From contig CAVPPB010000003.1 of assembly GCA_963707215.1 (NCBI GenBank), positions 1,408,001-1,472,000 of the forward strand: a stretch of DNA of 64,000 nucleotides, in the 5' to 3' direction. The notes beneath the pieces were generated by a model. That model was not told where the DNA came from. It did not search any database and was given only the letters and a program-made list of their open reading frames with translations. The position numbers and the translations under genes are program-made. Shown piece by piece: positions 18,240 to 27,874 of this stretch; position 1 is the stretch's first letter; each line of letters opens with the position of its first letter. The DNA is from an uncultured Chloroflexia bacterium. GTDB lineage: Bacteria; Chloroflexota; Limnocylindria; Limnocylindrales; CSP1-4.

Positions 18240-18476
18240 TCAGCGCTCGGCGATGAGCTGCCGCAGGCGGACCTGGCTCCGCTCCCGGGCCTCGCGCATC
18301 TGGGCCGAGGGCTTCCAGATGACGTCGAACGGATCGCCCGCGAAGAGCGCGGCGGCGGTGATCCCCAGGATCGGTCCCAGGATGTCCGACACGCCCAGCA
18401 TGTACGCGATGAATGCGCCCGCGTACCAGCCGGCGAAGAACCACAGGACGGCGGCGGCGATTCGCTTGCTGTTCAT
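18240..18476 (-). CDS. Small two-helix membrane protein
   Basis: MNSKRIAAAVLWFFAGWYAGAFIAYMLGVSDILGPILGITAAALFAGDPF... Confidence 0.65.
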   Translation of the reverse strand: MNSKRIAAAVLWFFAGWYAGAFIAYMLGVSDILGPILGITAAALFAGDPFDVIWKPSAQMREARERSQVRLRQLIAER

Positions 18477-18783
18477 GGGCGCATGGTCGGGTCCGCGCAC
18501 GCCCGAGGCCATGGCGAGGTGGTACCGGTCGGGGTGGGACCCTGGCCGGCGATGCGCTCTTGCGCACCTCGCCCCACACGAGTCGACCGGACTGCCCGTG
18601 TCCGGCCATAGCGCGCCCGGTCCGTCGCGAACCGCTGCAAACGCCACCCTCGCGCCCTGCCTGCGTCCCGTTCCGTGGCACGCACGCACCACGCGTCGCC
18701 GCTAGGGCACCCGGGCAAGTTGACCTGCAAGGTGGGACGGCGATAGTACGCAGGTACCACTAGTCGGGGGACCCCATCGGCCG

Positions 18784-20025
18784 ATGCCTGCCAAGACCGA
18801 CCTTCCTTCCCGCCGCCGCGAGCGCTCCCGAGGCCAGAGTCTCGCCGAGCTCGCGCTCATCCTCCCGGTGATCCTGCTGATCGCCCTGATCGCCCTGGAC
18901 TTCGGGCGCATCTACCTCGGCTTCGTGAACCTGCAGCAGATGACGCGGATCGCGGCCGATTTCGCGGCGACCAACGCGACGGCCTGGTCGACGCCTGGTG
19001 ATGCCGCCGACCAGGCTCGGTATCAGGAGAAGATCCGGAACGACGCGCGGTTCATCAACTGCACGTTGCCCGTCGATGGCGGCGGAGCCACCGATGTGCC
19101 GGATCCGATGTTCCCGAGCGGGTTCGACCTCGGGGATCCGGTGACCGTGTCCATCACGTGCAGCTTCGATGTGATCACCCCCGTGATCTCACAGGTCCTA
19201 GGAGGACAGGTACTCGTCGGTTCGAGCACGACCTATCCCGTGAAAGAGGGGGCCGTTGCTAGCGTGCCCGGGGGTGGCGGAGGAGTCGTCCCCGCACCGA
19301 GCGCCGACTTCATCGCCACGCCTACCTCCGGCTACGGTCCGCTCGAGGTCACGTTCATCGACGTCTCGCTGGGATCGCCCACGAGCTGGATCTGGAACTT
19401 CGGCAATGGGGCCAATGCGTTCACGAGGGGTCCGCACACGCAGACCTACGACTGCGCGGGGAACCCAGGAGACACGTGCTCGTACACAGCGCAGGTCCAG
19501 GTGTCGAACACGTGCTGTTCGGACAGCGCGTCGACCACCATCACGGTGACCGTGCCCCCGGCCGCTGGACCGATCGCTGAGTTCTCCGCCGACCCAATGG
19601 TCGGGGAGGAACCGCTCGCCGTCGATTTCACCTTCGATGATGTCCGGGGCGGCACGGTGACCTACAGCAGCTTCAGTTGGGACTTCGGAGATGGCTCGAC
19701 CTCGAGCGCCCAGGACCCGTCCCACACCTATGCGAGTCCGGGGACCTACGACGTAACGCTGACGGTCACCGACGACGTCGGGGCCGCCGATACCCAGCTC
19801 AAGCAAGGCTTCATCCATGTCCTGCCGGAGATCTGCACCGTCCCCGACTTCGCCGGGATCCGGCGGAACAGCGCTCAGGGCGTGTGGGCCGCTGCCGGCT
19901 TCTCCACCACCGTGTCCTTCATGGCCGGGAACGGCAACTACATCATCCAGGCGCAAAGCCTGCTGGGCGGGACGATCGACCCACAGCCGCTCGGCTGCGA
20001 TTCGCAGATCACGGTGGGACCGTGA
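18784..20025 (+). CDS. TadE-like pseudopilin with two PKD domains and a C-terminal PASTA-like domain
   Basis: RSRGQSLAELALILP prepilin motif; PKD motifs WIWNFGNG, FSWDFGDG and HTYASPGTYDVTLTV; CTVPDF...TVGP tail. Confidence 0.85.
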   Translation: MPAKTDLPSRRRERSRGQSLAELALILPVILLIALIALDFGRIYLGFVNLQQMTRIAADFAATNATAWSTPGDAADQARYQEKIRNDARFINCTLPVDGGGATDVPDPMFPSGFDLGDPVTVSITCSFDVITPVISQVLGGQVLVGSSTTYPVKEGAVASVPGGGGGVVPAPSADFIATPTSGYGPLEVTFIDVSLGSPTSWIWNFGNGANAFTRGPHTQTYDCAGNPGDTCSYTAQVQVSNTCCSDSASTTITVTVPPAAGPIAEFSADPMVGEEPLAVDFTFDDVRGGTVTYSSFSWDFGDGSTSSAQDPSHTYASPGTYDVTLTVTDDVGAADTQLKQGFIHVLPEICTVPDFAGIRRNSAQGVWAAAGFSTTVSFMAGNGNYIIQAQSLLGGTIDPQPLGCDSQITVGP

Positions 20026-20597
20026 GGGGATCCCGCGGATCCGAGCGGCTGCGCGGACAGGCCCTCGCCGAGTTCGCCCTCGCGATCCCGATCTTCCTGA
20101 TCATCGCGCTCGGGCTGTTCGATCTCGGTCGATATGTCGTCGCCCAGAACTCGATCACGAATGCGGCCAGGGAAGGCGCGAGGCTTGCCATCGTCAACCA
20201 GACCCAGGCGTCGGTCGAAGCGCGCGTTCGGGCTCTGACGTTCACGGGGGCGCCGACTACGTACCCGACGCTGTACTTCTTCGCATACCCGGACGATCCG
20301 GGCGCCGACGATGATGACGACCTGTTCACGGACGGCAACGGAGACGGCATCCCGGACGATCTCGCCGACGACGAGCGGTGCTACGCGAATCCAGCAGGGA
20401 GCCAGCGACGGATCAGCATCGGATGCATGGCACTGGTCCGCGTATCGACGGACATGGACGCGTTGACTCCCGGGATCGAGCTGCTGGTGGGGCCGATCAC
20501 GTTGCGAGCGGCCTCGATGCTGCCCGTCGAGTTCGTCTGTCCCAACTCACTCGTGCCTGCATACGCCACGTCGGCGCAGTGCCCGAAGCAACCGTAG
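20022..20597 (+). CDS. TadE-like pseudopilin
   Basis: GTG start; RGQALAEFALAIPIF, NAAREGARLAIV. Confidence 0.85.
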   Translation: MRGSRGSERLRGQALAEFALAIPIFLIIALGLFDLGRYVVAQNSITNAAREGARLAIVNQTQASVEARVRALTFTGAPTTYPTLYFFAYPDDPGADDDDDLFTDGNGDGIPDDLADDERCYANPAGSQRRISIGCMALVRVSTDMDALTPGIELLVGPITLRAASMLPVEFVCPNSLVPAYATSAQCPKQP

Positions 20598-20636
20598 GGA
20601 AGAGATGCGACCAATCATCGAGATGAGGCCAACGAC

Positions 20637-21863
20637 ATGAAGACCGGGACATCGCCTGACGGCGAGGGTCGGCGGGACGCCCAGGGACAGATCATCGTCA
20701 TCTTCGCACTGGCGCTGTTGACCATGATCGCCATGGTTGCGCTCGTGATCGAAGCTGGGAACATCTTCGGCCAGCAGCGCATCGCCCAGAATGGCGCGGA
20801 CGCAACCGCGACGGCGGGCACACTCGTCGTCGCGGAGGGTCTGGGCGGGGCCACGCGGACGGGAGCTGACGTTGCCAATGCCGTGAACGCCGCGGCCGCC
20901 GCGAACGGCCTCGCGGTCTCAGTCGCTGAGTACACGACCGACACCGGCGTGCCGATCGGACAACAGGTCGTGTCGAATGGATCGATCCCCGCCGACGCCC
21001 GGGGGGTCCATGTCGCGGGGACTCGATTGGTCGACACGGTCCTGGCACGGCTCCCTCCGATCAGCATCGATCAGGTGCCGGCCAACGCGGATGCCACGGC
21101 CGTCGCGGGCGCCCTCAGCGGCGAGTGCGTCGAGTCTGAGTCAGGCTGTGCCCTGCTGCCGGTGACCTTCCCTGTGCAGGTGTTCCAGTGCGACTCCGGT
21201 GGCAACCTGCTCGACGGACCTTGGGTCGGAGCTCCGCCACCAGGGAACGAGGGAGACCCGTACTGGGAGATCGTCGGCGCGGAGGACCTTCCGGGAGGGA
21301 GCGTCGGCGGAGTCACTGGCAACCTGAGCAAGATGGCGATCCTCCCGCTCTGCCGCGGGTCAGGTCTCTCGTCGGGCACGTTCGGCTGGCTCGATCTCGT
21401 GTCGGGCATGAACCTCGCCCAGGAGATCACGGGACCGCTCACCGACCCCGTCGATATCCCCGATTGGTTCCAGAGCCAGACCGGAAACGCCAATTCCGTC
21501 GAGGACGAGCTGAACGCCTACCTGCACGAGACCGTCCTGATCCCGCTCCACAATCAGGCGTGTCGGGAGGACCCGGGAGACACGGATGTGTGCAGCCTCC
21601 CCGGCGTCGATCCGGTCGGCAACAACACCTGGTACTACGTCCACACCCTCGCCAACTTCTACCTGGAGCAGGTCCTCGTCCAGGGCAACAACATCAACCA
21701 GTGCGCTGCCGCGCCCGGCTCACCCATTCCCCCCTCGACAGCTGGAGGGTTTCTCGGCTGCCTCAAGGGATGGTTCGTGAGCTACATCACGGCCGGGCCA
21801 GTGACGCCAGGAGGCACCATCACCCCAGGCGTCACGACGATCGGTATCCAGCTGATCAAGTAG
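20637..21863 (+). CDS. TadG-like (Tad domain) pilus-associated protein
   Basis: QGQIIVIFALAL...VIEAG...AQNGADATATAG; Cys-rich C-terminal part with FGWLD. Confidence 0.82.
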   Translation: MKTGTSPDGEGRRDAQGQIIVIFALALLTMIAMVALVIEAGNIFGQQRIAQNGADATATAGTLVVAEGLGGATRTGADVANAVNAAAAANGLAVSVAEYTTDTGVPIGQQVVSNGSIPADARGVHVAGTRLVDTVLARLPPISIDQVPANADATAVAGALSGECVESESGCALLPVTFPVQVFQCDSGGNLLDGPWVGAPPPGNEGDPYWEIVGAEDLPGGSVGGVTGNLSKMAILPLCRGSGLSSGTFGWLDLVSGMNLAQEITGPLTDPVDIPDWFQSQTGNANSVEDELNAYLHETVLIPLHNQACREDPGDTDVCSLPGVDPVGNNTWYYVHTLANFYLEQVLVQGNNINQCAAAPGSPIPPSTAGGFLGCLKGWFVSYITAGPVTPGGTITPGVTTIGIQLIK

Positions 21864-21885
21864 CCGGCCTCGGCCCGGAGGCTAC

Positions 21886-21921
21886 TCAGGGAACCGCGCC
21901 CGCGAGGGCGCGGTTCCCTGA
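21886..21921 (+). terminator. Strong hairpin after Tad cassette 1
   Basis: tcagggaaccgcgccc-GCGA-gggcgcggttccctga, a 16-bp perfect stem. Confidence 0.7.
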
Positions 21922-22088
21922 CTCCCGGTGATCCAGCCCGACCTGTTGACCCCACGCACCACCCTCCCCTGACCATCTCGCCCCCCTGACCTGACCCCTC
22001 GGGCTATGCACGGGCGCACCGTTTGAAGGCACCGTGCAAGGTGTCGCGCTGAGCATCTCTCGGCGTGAGAACCGCACGGGAGCCCGAG

Positions 22089-23003
22089 ATGCCCTTCCGG
22101 CCAGTCCGGCCGCACCGCCCCATCGCCGGCGAGCCTGACCAGGCCGCCCCGACGCGCCTCGGCACGACCACGCCGTCGACCGCGAGCGGGGCCGATGTGC
22201 CCGATGCGCCCCGCGCTGCCCATCCGGGACCGATCCACCGCCTGGTCGTGCGCCGCCGCCGGCATCGCAGCCGCGGCCAGAGCCTGGTCGAGTTCGCCCT
22301 GCTCCTGCCGGTCATCCTGCTCATCGTCGCCGTCGCCCTCGACTTCGGGCGGGCCTTCATGGGCTGGGTCAGCCTGACCGGAGCGACCCGCCTGGGCGCC
22401 AACTACGCGGCCCAGCACCCGGATGCGAACTGGGGCAGCTCCTCCGATCCGAACCGCCAGCGCTACCTCGCGGTCATGGCCCGCGACCTGCAGTCGACGA
22501 ACTGCGCGCCCGCGACGACGCCGATGCCGGACTTCCCGGCCGGCACCGACCTGGGTGACCCGGCGGTCGTGACGCTGACCTGCCAGTTCAACCCGATCAC
22601 CCCGATCGTCACGGCGATCATCGGACCGAGCCTGCCGATGTCGGCCAGCACGGCCTATCCGATCCGGACCGGCGAGTTCGCGCCCCCAGCCCCGACGCCC
22701 ACGCCGACGCCGACGCCGAGCCCGAGCCCGAGTCCGAGCCCAAGCTCGGCCCCGGGTCCGTCCCTCGATCCGCTCGCCTCGCCCGAGCCGACCCCCTCGC
22801 CGTCGCCATCGCCCGCGCCCTGCTTCGCGCCCGACTTCATCGACACTCGCGCCGCCGAGGCCCAGAACCTCTGGCGCAACAAGGGCTTCACGACGAACGT
22901 GACCGTCCTCCCCGGCAACGGCAACTACAAGATCGGGATGCAGGACAGGGTCGGAGGCCAGGCCTACTCCTGCACCGACACGATCGTGACGGTGGGGCCG
23001 TGA
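22089..23003 (+). CDS. TadE-like pseudopilin with PT/PS linker and PASTA-like domain (start uncertain)
   Basis: RSRGQSLVEFALLLP; PTPTPTPTPSPSPS linker; CFAPDF...GNGNY...TVGP tail. Confidence 0.85.
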   Translation: MPFRPVRPHRPIAGEPDQAAPTRLGTTTPSTASGADVPDAPRAAHPGPIHRLVVRRRRHRSRGQSLVEFALLLPVILLIVAVALDFGRAFMGWVSLTGATRLGANYAAQHPDANWGSSSDPNRQRYLAVMARDLQSTNCAPATTPMPDFPAGTDLGDPAVVTLTCQFNPITPIVTAIIGPSLPMSASTAYPIRTGEFAPPAPTPTPTPTPSPSPSPSPSSAPGPSLDPLASPEPTPSPSPSPAPCFAPDFIDTRAAEAQNLWRNKGFTTNVTVLPGNGNYKIGMQDRVGGQAYSCTDTIVTVGP

Positions 23004-23527
23004 CGAGGCTTGCCGCCCTGCGAGCCCGCCGCTCAGCCCGCGGCCGCTCCCGCGGCCAGACGCTCGTCGAGTTCGCCCTCGTCATCGGGATCTTCCTGGT
23101 GATGATCCTTGCCCTGTTCGACTTCGGGCGGGCCGTCTACGGCTCGAGCTCGCTGGGGAACGCCGCCCGGATGGGCGCTCGGACCGCGATCGTCAACCAG
23201 AACGCCGGGTCGATCCGATCGCGGGCCGCCGACCAGGCCGTCGCCCTCGGGCTCGACCGCTCGGCCGTGACGTGCTCGCCGGGCACACCGACGAGTGCCC
23301 CGACCCCCACCGGGGACAGCGGCGTCTGTGTCGAGTTCCGGACGACCGACATGGGGAGCATCTGCTCTACGCCGCAGCTCGGCTGCGTCGCGGTCGTCAC
23401 CACGAAGTGGACCTACATCCCGATCACGCCCGTCGCCGGTCAGCTCTTCGGCCAGATCGCCCTGACCTCGACCTCGCGGATGCCGATCGAGGCCATCTGC
23501 ACGAGCGGCGGGTGCCCGGTCCCATGA
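23000..23527 (+). CDS. TadE-like pseudopilin
   Basis: RSRGQTLVEFALVIGIF, NAARMGARTAIVNQ. Confidence 0.85.
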   Translation: MTRLAALRARRSARGRSRGQTLVEFALVIGIFLVMILALFDFGRAVYGSSSLGNAARMGARTAIVNQNAGSIRSRAADQAVALGLDRSAVTCSPGTPTSAPTPTGDSGVCVEFRTTDMGSICSTPQLGCVAVVTTKWTYIPITPVAGQLFGQIALTSTSRMPIEAICTSGGCPVP

Positions 23528-23547
23528 GGCACCTCGGAGGCTCCCCC

Positions 23548-24723
23548 ATGACGACGACCACGCCGGACGGCGCTCGCGGCCAGATCCTGGCGCTGTTCGC
23601 GCTGGGGCTGGTGGCCATGCTGGCCGCGGTCGGCCTCGTCCTCGACGGCGGCTACGCCTTCACCCAGCAGCGCGCCAACCAGAACGGCACCGACGCGGCC
23701 GCCAACGCGGGTGCCATCGTCCTGGCCCAGAACGCCGGCACGACCCCGTCCAAGACCGACGCCGACGTGCTCGCGGCCATCACCGCCACGGCGAGCGGCA
23801 ACGGCGTGACCAGCTTCGAGGCCTACTACACTGACGTCGCCGGCGAGCTGCTCCGCTCGGACGGCAGCAGGAGCGGCTCGACCGCCACCGCGGTGGCCGT
23901 GGGGAGCGGTGTCATCCCGCCGTGCACCGACGTCAACGTCTGCGTCGACGGCCGGGCCTCGGGCGTCCTCGTGGTCGGCCATCGGACGGCGCCCGCCTTC
24001 GTCAGCCGGGTCATCGGCATCGAGTCCTTCCCGGTCACGACCCAGGCGACCGCCGTGGCCGGCTACGTCGCCGACGTCTGCCCCGCCGAGCAGGGCTGCG
24101 GGGTGCTGCCGATCACCATCCCGGTCAACCAGGTGACCTGCGACGACAACAACCGACCCGCGCCGATCAGCCCGCCGATCGAGTACGAGCAGGGCGTCGA
24201 GTACACGATCCCGCTCTGCCAGAACGGTCCCGGCAACGTCGGCTGGCTCGACTGGTCACCGACGGCCGGCGGCACGTCCGAGCTGGAGGCGGCGATCCGC
24301 AACTACAGCAACCCCGAGCTCACGGTGCCGGGCTGGTTCTACGTGACCTCGACCGGCAACGTGAACTCGGCGGGCGTCGAGGACGCGCTCGAGGGCTACG
24401 CCGACCGGAACGAGATCGTCCTGATCCCACAGTTCGACTCGACCTGCAACACCCAGCCGCTGGGCAACGACATGGGCGACTGTCCGCCCGCCAACGTCGG
24501 CGGGACCGGCTCGAACCAGTGGTATCACCTCTACGGGTTCACGGCCATGGAGATCAAGGAGGTCCACATCTCCGGGAGCAGCAACGACTGCGATACCGGC
24601 AACGGCGCCACCTCCTGCATCGTCGGCGAGATCGCCTACTTCATCCCGCCGTTCTCCACGGTCCGGGCCGGCAACGCCCTCTGGTCGCCGAACACCCTGG
24701 TCGGGGTCCAGCTGGTCCGATAG
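23548..24723 (+). CDS. TadG-like (Tad domain) pilus-associated protein
   Basis: RGQILALFALGL...VLDGG...NQNGTDAAANAG; GNVGWLD; GGAGG upstream. Confidence 0.82.
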   Translation: MTTTTPDGARGQILALFALGLVAMLAAVGLVLDGGYAFTQQRANQNGTDAAANAGAIVLAQNAGTTPSKTDADVLAAITATASGNGVTSFEAYYTDVAGELLRSDGSRSGSTATAVAVGSGVIPPCTDVNVCVDGRASGVLVVGHRTAPAFVSRVIGIESFPVTTQATAVAGYVADVCPAEQGCGVLPITIPVNQVTCDDNNRPAPISPPIEYEQGVEYTIPLCQNGPGNVGWLDWSPTAGGTSELEAAIRNYSNPELTVPGWFYVTSTGNVNSAGVEDALEGYADRNEIVLIPQFDSTCNTQPLGNDMGDCPPANVGGTGSNQWYHLYGFTAMEIKEVHISGSSNDCDTGNGATSCIVGEIAYFIPPFSTVRAGNALWSPNTLVGVQLVR

Positions 24724-24776
24724 GTCCGGGCCGCCGGCCGGGCCTGGCCCCGGCCGCGTTCCTCTCGCAGACAGAC

Positions 24777-24804
24777 CGACGCCGCGCCCGAAGGCGCGGC
24801 GTCG
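24777..24804. terminator. Hairpin after Tad cassette 2
   Basis: cgacgccgcgcc-CGAA-ggcgcggcgtcg. Confidence 0.6.
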
Positions 24805-24856
24805 TCGTTCCCGGTGCCGGGCGGTGCTGACACCTGTCCGCCCGGAGCCCTCTCGG

Positions 24857-25306
24857 TCAGGGGATGTCGAAGACGTTCTCCGGGACCTCGGGGCCGGCCT
24901 CGTCGACGAGGGTCACCTCGCCGTCGGTCGTGACCTCCCAGGTCCAGGTGTGCTCATCGATGCAGCCGGACGGGCAGTCGCCCCAGCCGATCCGGACCTC
25001 GACGGTCCAGCCGTCCATCGTCGGCTCGACCTTGGTCCAGGCAGCCTGGCCGATGAGATCGGGGTCGTACGGCCTGATCCGTTCGAAGCGGGGATCCTGG
25101 GCCAGGACCAGCTCGACGGCCTCCTCCGCGCTGCCGACGGAGTCCGGGCTCCCGGGGGAGGTCGGGCTCGGCGCCGGCGAGGCGCTCGCCTCGGGCGATG
25201 GTTCGGGGGTGGCCCCCGCCGAGCAGGCCGCCAGCACGACGGCCGTGATGGCGATGGCGGCGGTGATCCGCAGGGTGGACAGCATGGTCAGGCTGGGCAC
25301 GTGCAT
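24857..25306 (-). CDS. Hypothetical lipoprotein
   Basis: Lipobox VLAAC, Pro/Ser linker, GWGDCPSGCID motif. Confidence 0.75.
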   Translation of the reverse strand: MHVPSLTMLSTLRITAAIAITAVVLAACSAGATPEPSPEASASPAPSPTSPGSPDSVGSAEEAVELVLAQDPRFERIRPYDPDLIGQAAWTKVEPTMDGWTVEVRIGWGDCPSGCIDEHTWTWEVTTDGEVTLVDEAGPEVPENVFDIP

Positions 25307-25314
25307 GCCCCTCC

Positions 25315-25340
25315 GACGCTCGAGGCACGCCCGGTGTTCC
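25315..25340 (-). promoter_or_regulatory. Putative ECF sigma promoter
   Basis: GGAAC-N17-CGTC on the minus strand immediately upstream of the lipoprotein gene. Confidence 0.5.
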
Positions 25341-25538
25341 GCGGGACCAGCCGGAGATGCGTCGCCCGGGCCGCGAGCCGCACCGCCGGATCGTCCTGGC
25401 GCACCGGGACGCGTCGCCGGCCTGCCGAACGCGTCACCGGCATCGTGTTCGGGCCGCTCGGCGGTGGTCGCTCCCGCCTCGATGCCGTACGCTCGGGCCG
25501 ATGACCACGCCGATTCCCGCAGACCGCGCCGCCGTTCC

Positions 25539-26105
25539 ATGACCGCCCCGACCCGCGCCGACGCCTGGAGCCTCTTCACCGAGTGGACGACGTCCGACGC
25601 CCTCCGCAAGCACGGGCTTGCCGTCGAGGGCGCCGTCGAGTGGTACGGCCGCGAGCGGTTCGGCATCGTCGAGCCCGAGCTGGACACCTGGCGGATCGCC
25701 GGCCTGCTCCACGACTTCGACTACGAGCGGTACCCGGAGACCCATCCGGCCCGCGGCGCCGAGGAGCTCCGCCGCCTCGGCTACCCCGAGGACGTCGTCG
25801 AGGCCGTTCTGGGCCACGGTGACCACACCGGCGTGCCGCGGACGAGCCTGCTGGCGCGGACCGTTTACGCTTGTGACGAGATGAGCGGCTTCATCATCGC
25901 GGTCGCCCTCGTCCGCCCGAACCGCAGCCTCGACGAGGTGGACGTCCGGGCGGTCAACAAGAAGCTGAAGGACAAGGGCTTCGCCCGCCAGGTCGACCGG
26001 GGCCAGGTCGTCAAGGGGGCCGAGGAGCTGGACCTGCCGTTCGAGGAGCACGTCATGAACGTCGTCGAGGGACTCAAGACCGTCCGCGGGGAGCTCGGGC
26101 TGTGA
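25539..26105 (+). CDS. HD-superfamily (HDIG) hydrolase
   Basis: LRKHGLAVE, GLLHDFDYE, ACDEMSGFIIA, KKLKDKGFAR. Confidence 0.88.
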   Translation: MTAPTRADAWSLFTEWTTSDALRKHGLAVEGAVEWYGRERFGIVEPELDTWRIAGLLHDFDYERYPETHPARGAEELRRLGYPEDVVEAVLGHGDHTGVPRTSLLARTVYACDEMSGFIIAVALVRPNRSLDEVDVRAVNKKLKDKGFARQVDRGQVVKGAEELDLPFEEHVMNVVEGLKTVRGELGL

Positions 26106-26569
26106 GCGGCATCGTGCTGCCCGAGGACGTCGCGGCCGAACGTTGGATCCGGCTCGAGCGGTCGCTGCGGGCGCCCAACGAGCGTGTCTTCCGGGTCTGG
26201 AGCGATCCCGAGGAGCTGCCGCGCTGGCTGCCCGACAAGCTCGAGGGATCGCTGGCCGTCGGCAGCCGCTCCACGCTGCTCTGGCGGCGCCAGCGGATCT
26301 GGTGGGACGTGACGGCGGCGGAACCGAACCATCGCTTCGCCGTGAAGATGCCCTGGATGCCCGACGGGGGCGTCGTCACGACGTTCGAGGTCGCGCTGGA
26401 GCCAGAGGGCTACGGGACCCGGCTGCGCTTCGAGAACGGTCCGTTCCGGATCGATGAGCCGGGCGTCTTCGAGGCCTGGGAGCGGGCACTGGAGGCCTGG
26501 GTCGAGGCGCTGGCGATGCTCCGCGCGTTCGTCGACTTCAGCACCGACCTCCGACTCCAGCGCTACTGA
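26102..26569 (+). CDS. SRPBCC/AHSA1-domain protein
   Basis: ERSLRAPNERVFRVWSDPEELPRW...GTRLRF. Confidence 0.8.
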   Translation: MSGIVLPEDVAAERWIRLERSLRAPNERVFRVWSDPEELPRWLPDKLEGSLAVGSRSTLLWRRQRIWWDVTAAEPNHRFAVKMPWMPDGGVVTTFEVALEPEGYGTRLRFENGPFRIDEPGVFEAWERALEAWVEALAMLRAFVDFSTDLRLQRY

Positions 26570-26626
26570 GCCGAGCCTGGCTCGTTCGTTGACCCGGGGC
26601 GGGGCGGATCGGCAGAGTCTCGGGCA

Positions 26627-27844
26627 TCAGAGCGCCACGTGGCCGGCTGACGGCTGGGCAACCGCAGCCCCCAGCCGCCGCGCGGCCTCGACCAGCTCGT
26701 CCGGCGCGTAGCAGCTGAAGGCGAGCCGAACGGCCGAGCGATCACCCTCGCCGTCCACGGCGAAGACGGCACCGGGCAGGTACGACGTACCCTCGCGCTC
26801 GGCGATCGGCAGGAGGGCCCGCGCGTCGAGGCCGCCAGGCAGCCGGAGCCAGACGAAGTAACCGCCCTCCGGCACCGCGAACGACGCCCCCGGCAGGTGC
26901 TCGCGGAGACCGGTCACGAGGGCGTCGCGCCGGTCCGCCAGGGCCGGACGCAGCCGCTCGACGTTCGCGGCGTAGGCGCCGGCCCGGGCGTGCTCGGCGA
27001 CGGCGACGGCGACCAGGTGGTTGATGCCGCCGCCCGAGGCGAGCAGGCCGGCGTCGGCCAGCCGCTCGACCGTGGGCCCGTCGGCGGTCAGCCAGCCGAG
27101 CCGGAGCCCGGGAGCGAGCGTCTTGGAGAACGACCCCAGCCGGACGACCGTCCCGGGAGGGGCCAGCGACCAGAGCGACGGTGGCGGGGGTGACCCGTAG
27201 GCGAGCTCGCGGTAGACATCGTCCTCGACCAGGAGGAGCCCGGCCTCGGTCGCCAGCTCGACCAGGGCCCGCCGCCGCTCGACCGGCAGGGTGGTCCCGG
27301 TGGGGTTGCCGAAGGTCGGCACGACGTACATCAGTCGGGCGCGACGACCTTCGCGACGGAGCCGCGCCAGCGCGTCGGCGACCGCATCCGGTAGCACCCC
27401 GGCCTCGTCCGTCGCGACCGGCTCGACCTCCAGCAGGTGGTCGCGGAGGATCCCGAGGGCGAGGTGGTAGGTGGGACTCGGGACCAGGCAGACGTCGCCG
27501 GGCTTGGTCAGGACGGTGCAGACGAGGTCGAGGCCCTGGGACGCGCCGGCCGTCACGAGCAGGTCGGCCTCATCCGGGGCACGGGCGTCGATCGCGGCGA
27601 CGTGGCCGACCAGCCACTCAAGGAGCGGCCCGGGACCGACGGATGCTCCGTAGTTGAGGGCGTCGGCGCCATACCGCCGGAGTGCCCCGTCGATCGAGGC
27701 GCGCAGTGCGTCGACGGGCAACAGGTCGGGCCCAGGATGCCCCCAGGCGAGATCGATGACGCCGGCCTCGGCAGCGAACTGGACAAGAGCCGGCGACGCA
27801 TGGTCCTGGCCGGGCGTCGGCGCGGCGGATCGGGGCTCGTTCAT
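26627..27844 (-). CDS. PLP-dependent aminotransferase, class I (LysN/MocR-like)
   Basis: IDLAWGHP, PTFGNPTG, VEDDVY, GSFSKTLAPGLRLGW. Confidence 0.9.
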   Translation of the reverse strand: MNEPRSAAPTPGQDHASPALVQFAAEAGVIDLAWGHPGPDLLPVDALRASIDGALRRYGADALNYGASVGPGPLLEWLVGHVAAIDARAPDEADLLVTAGASQGLDLVCTVLTKPGDVCLVPSPTYHLALGILRDHLLEVEPVATDEAGVLPDAVADALARLRREGRRARLMYVVPTFGNPTGTTLPVERRRALVELATEAGLLLVEDDVYRELAYGSPPPPSLWSLAPPGTVVRLGSFSKTLAPGLRLGWLTADGPTVERLADAGLLASGGGINHLVAVAVAEHARAGAYAANVERLRPALADRRDALVTGLREHLPGASFAVPEGGYFVWLRLPGGLDARALLPIAEREGTSYLPGAVFAVDGEGDRSAVRLAFSCYAPDELVEAARRLGAAVAQPSAGHVAL

Positions 27845-27849
27845 CGACC

Positions 27850-27870
27850 CGAGGGTATCGCGTACCCTCG
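27850..27870. promoter_or_regulatory. Palindromic back-to-back -10 boxes for divergent leaderless genes
   Basis: CGAGGGTA-tcgcg-TACCCTCG places TACCCT 7 nt and 6 nt before the two divergent ATGs. Confidence 0.65.
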
Positions 27871-27874
27871 CCGC

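Noticed and set aside
18705-18750. c-di-GMP-I riboswitch upstream of the Tad cassette (GGGCAAG...GCAA...GGGACG)
   Set aside because: Partial resemblance only. It lacks GCAAAC, the GCAAAGC continuation and a clear second stem; an Infernal scan would be needed.
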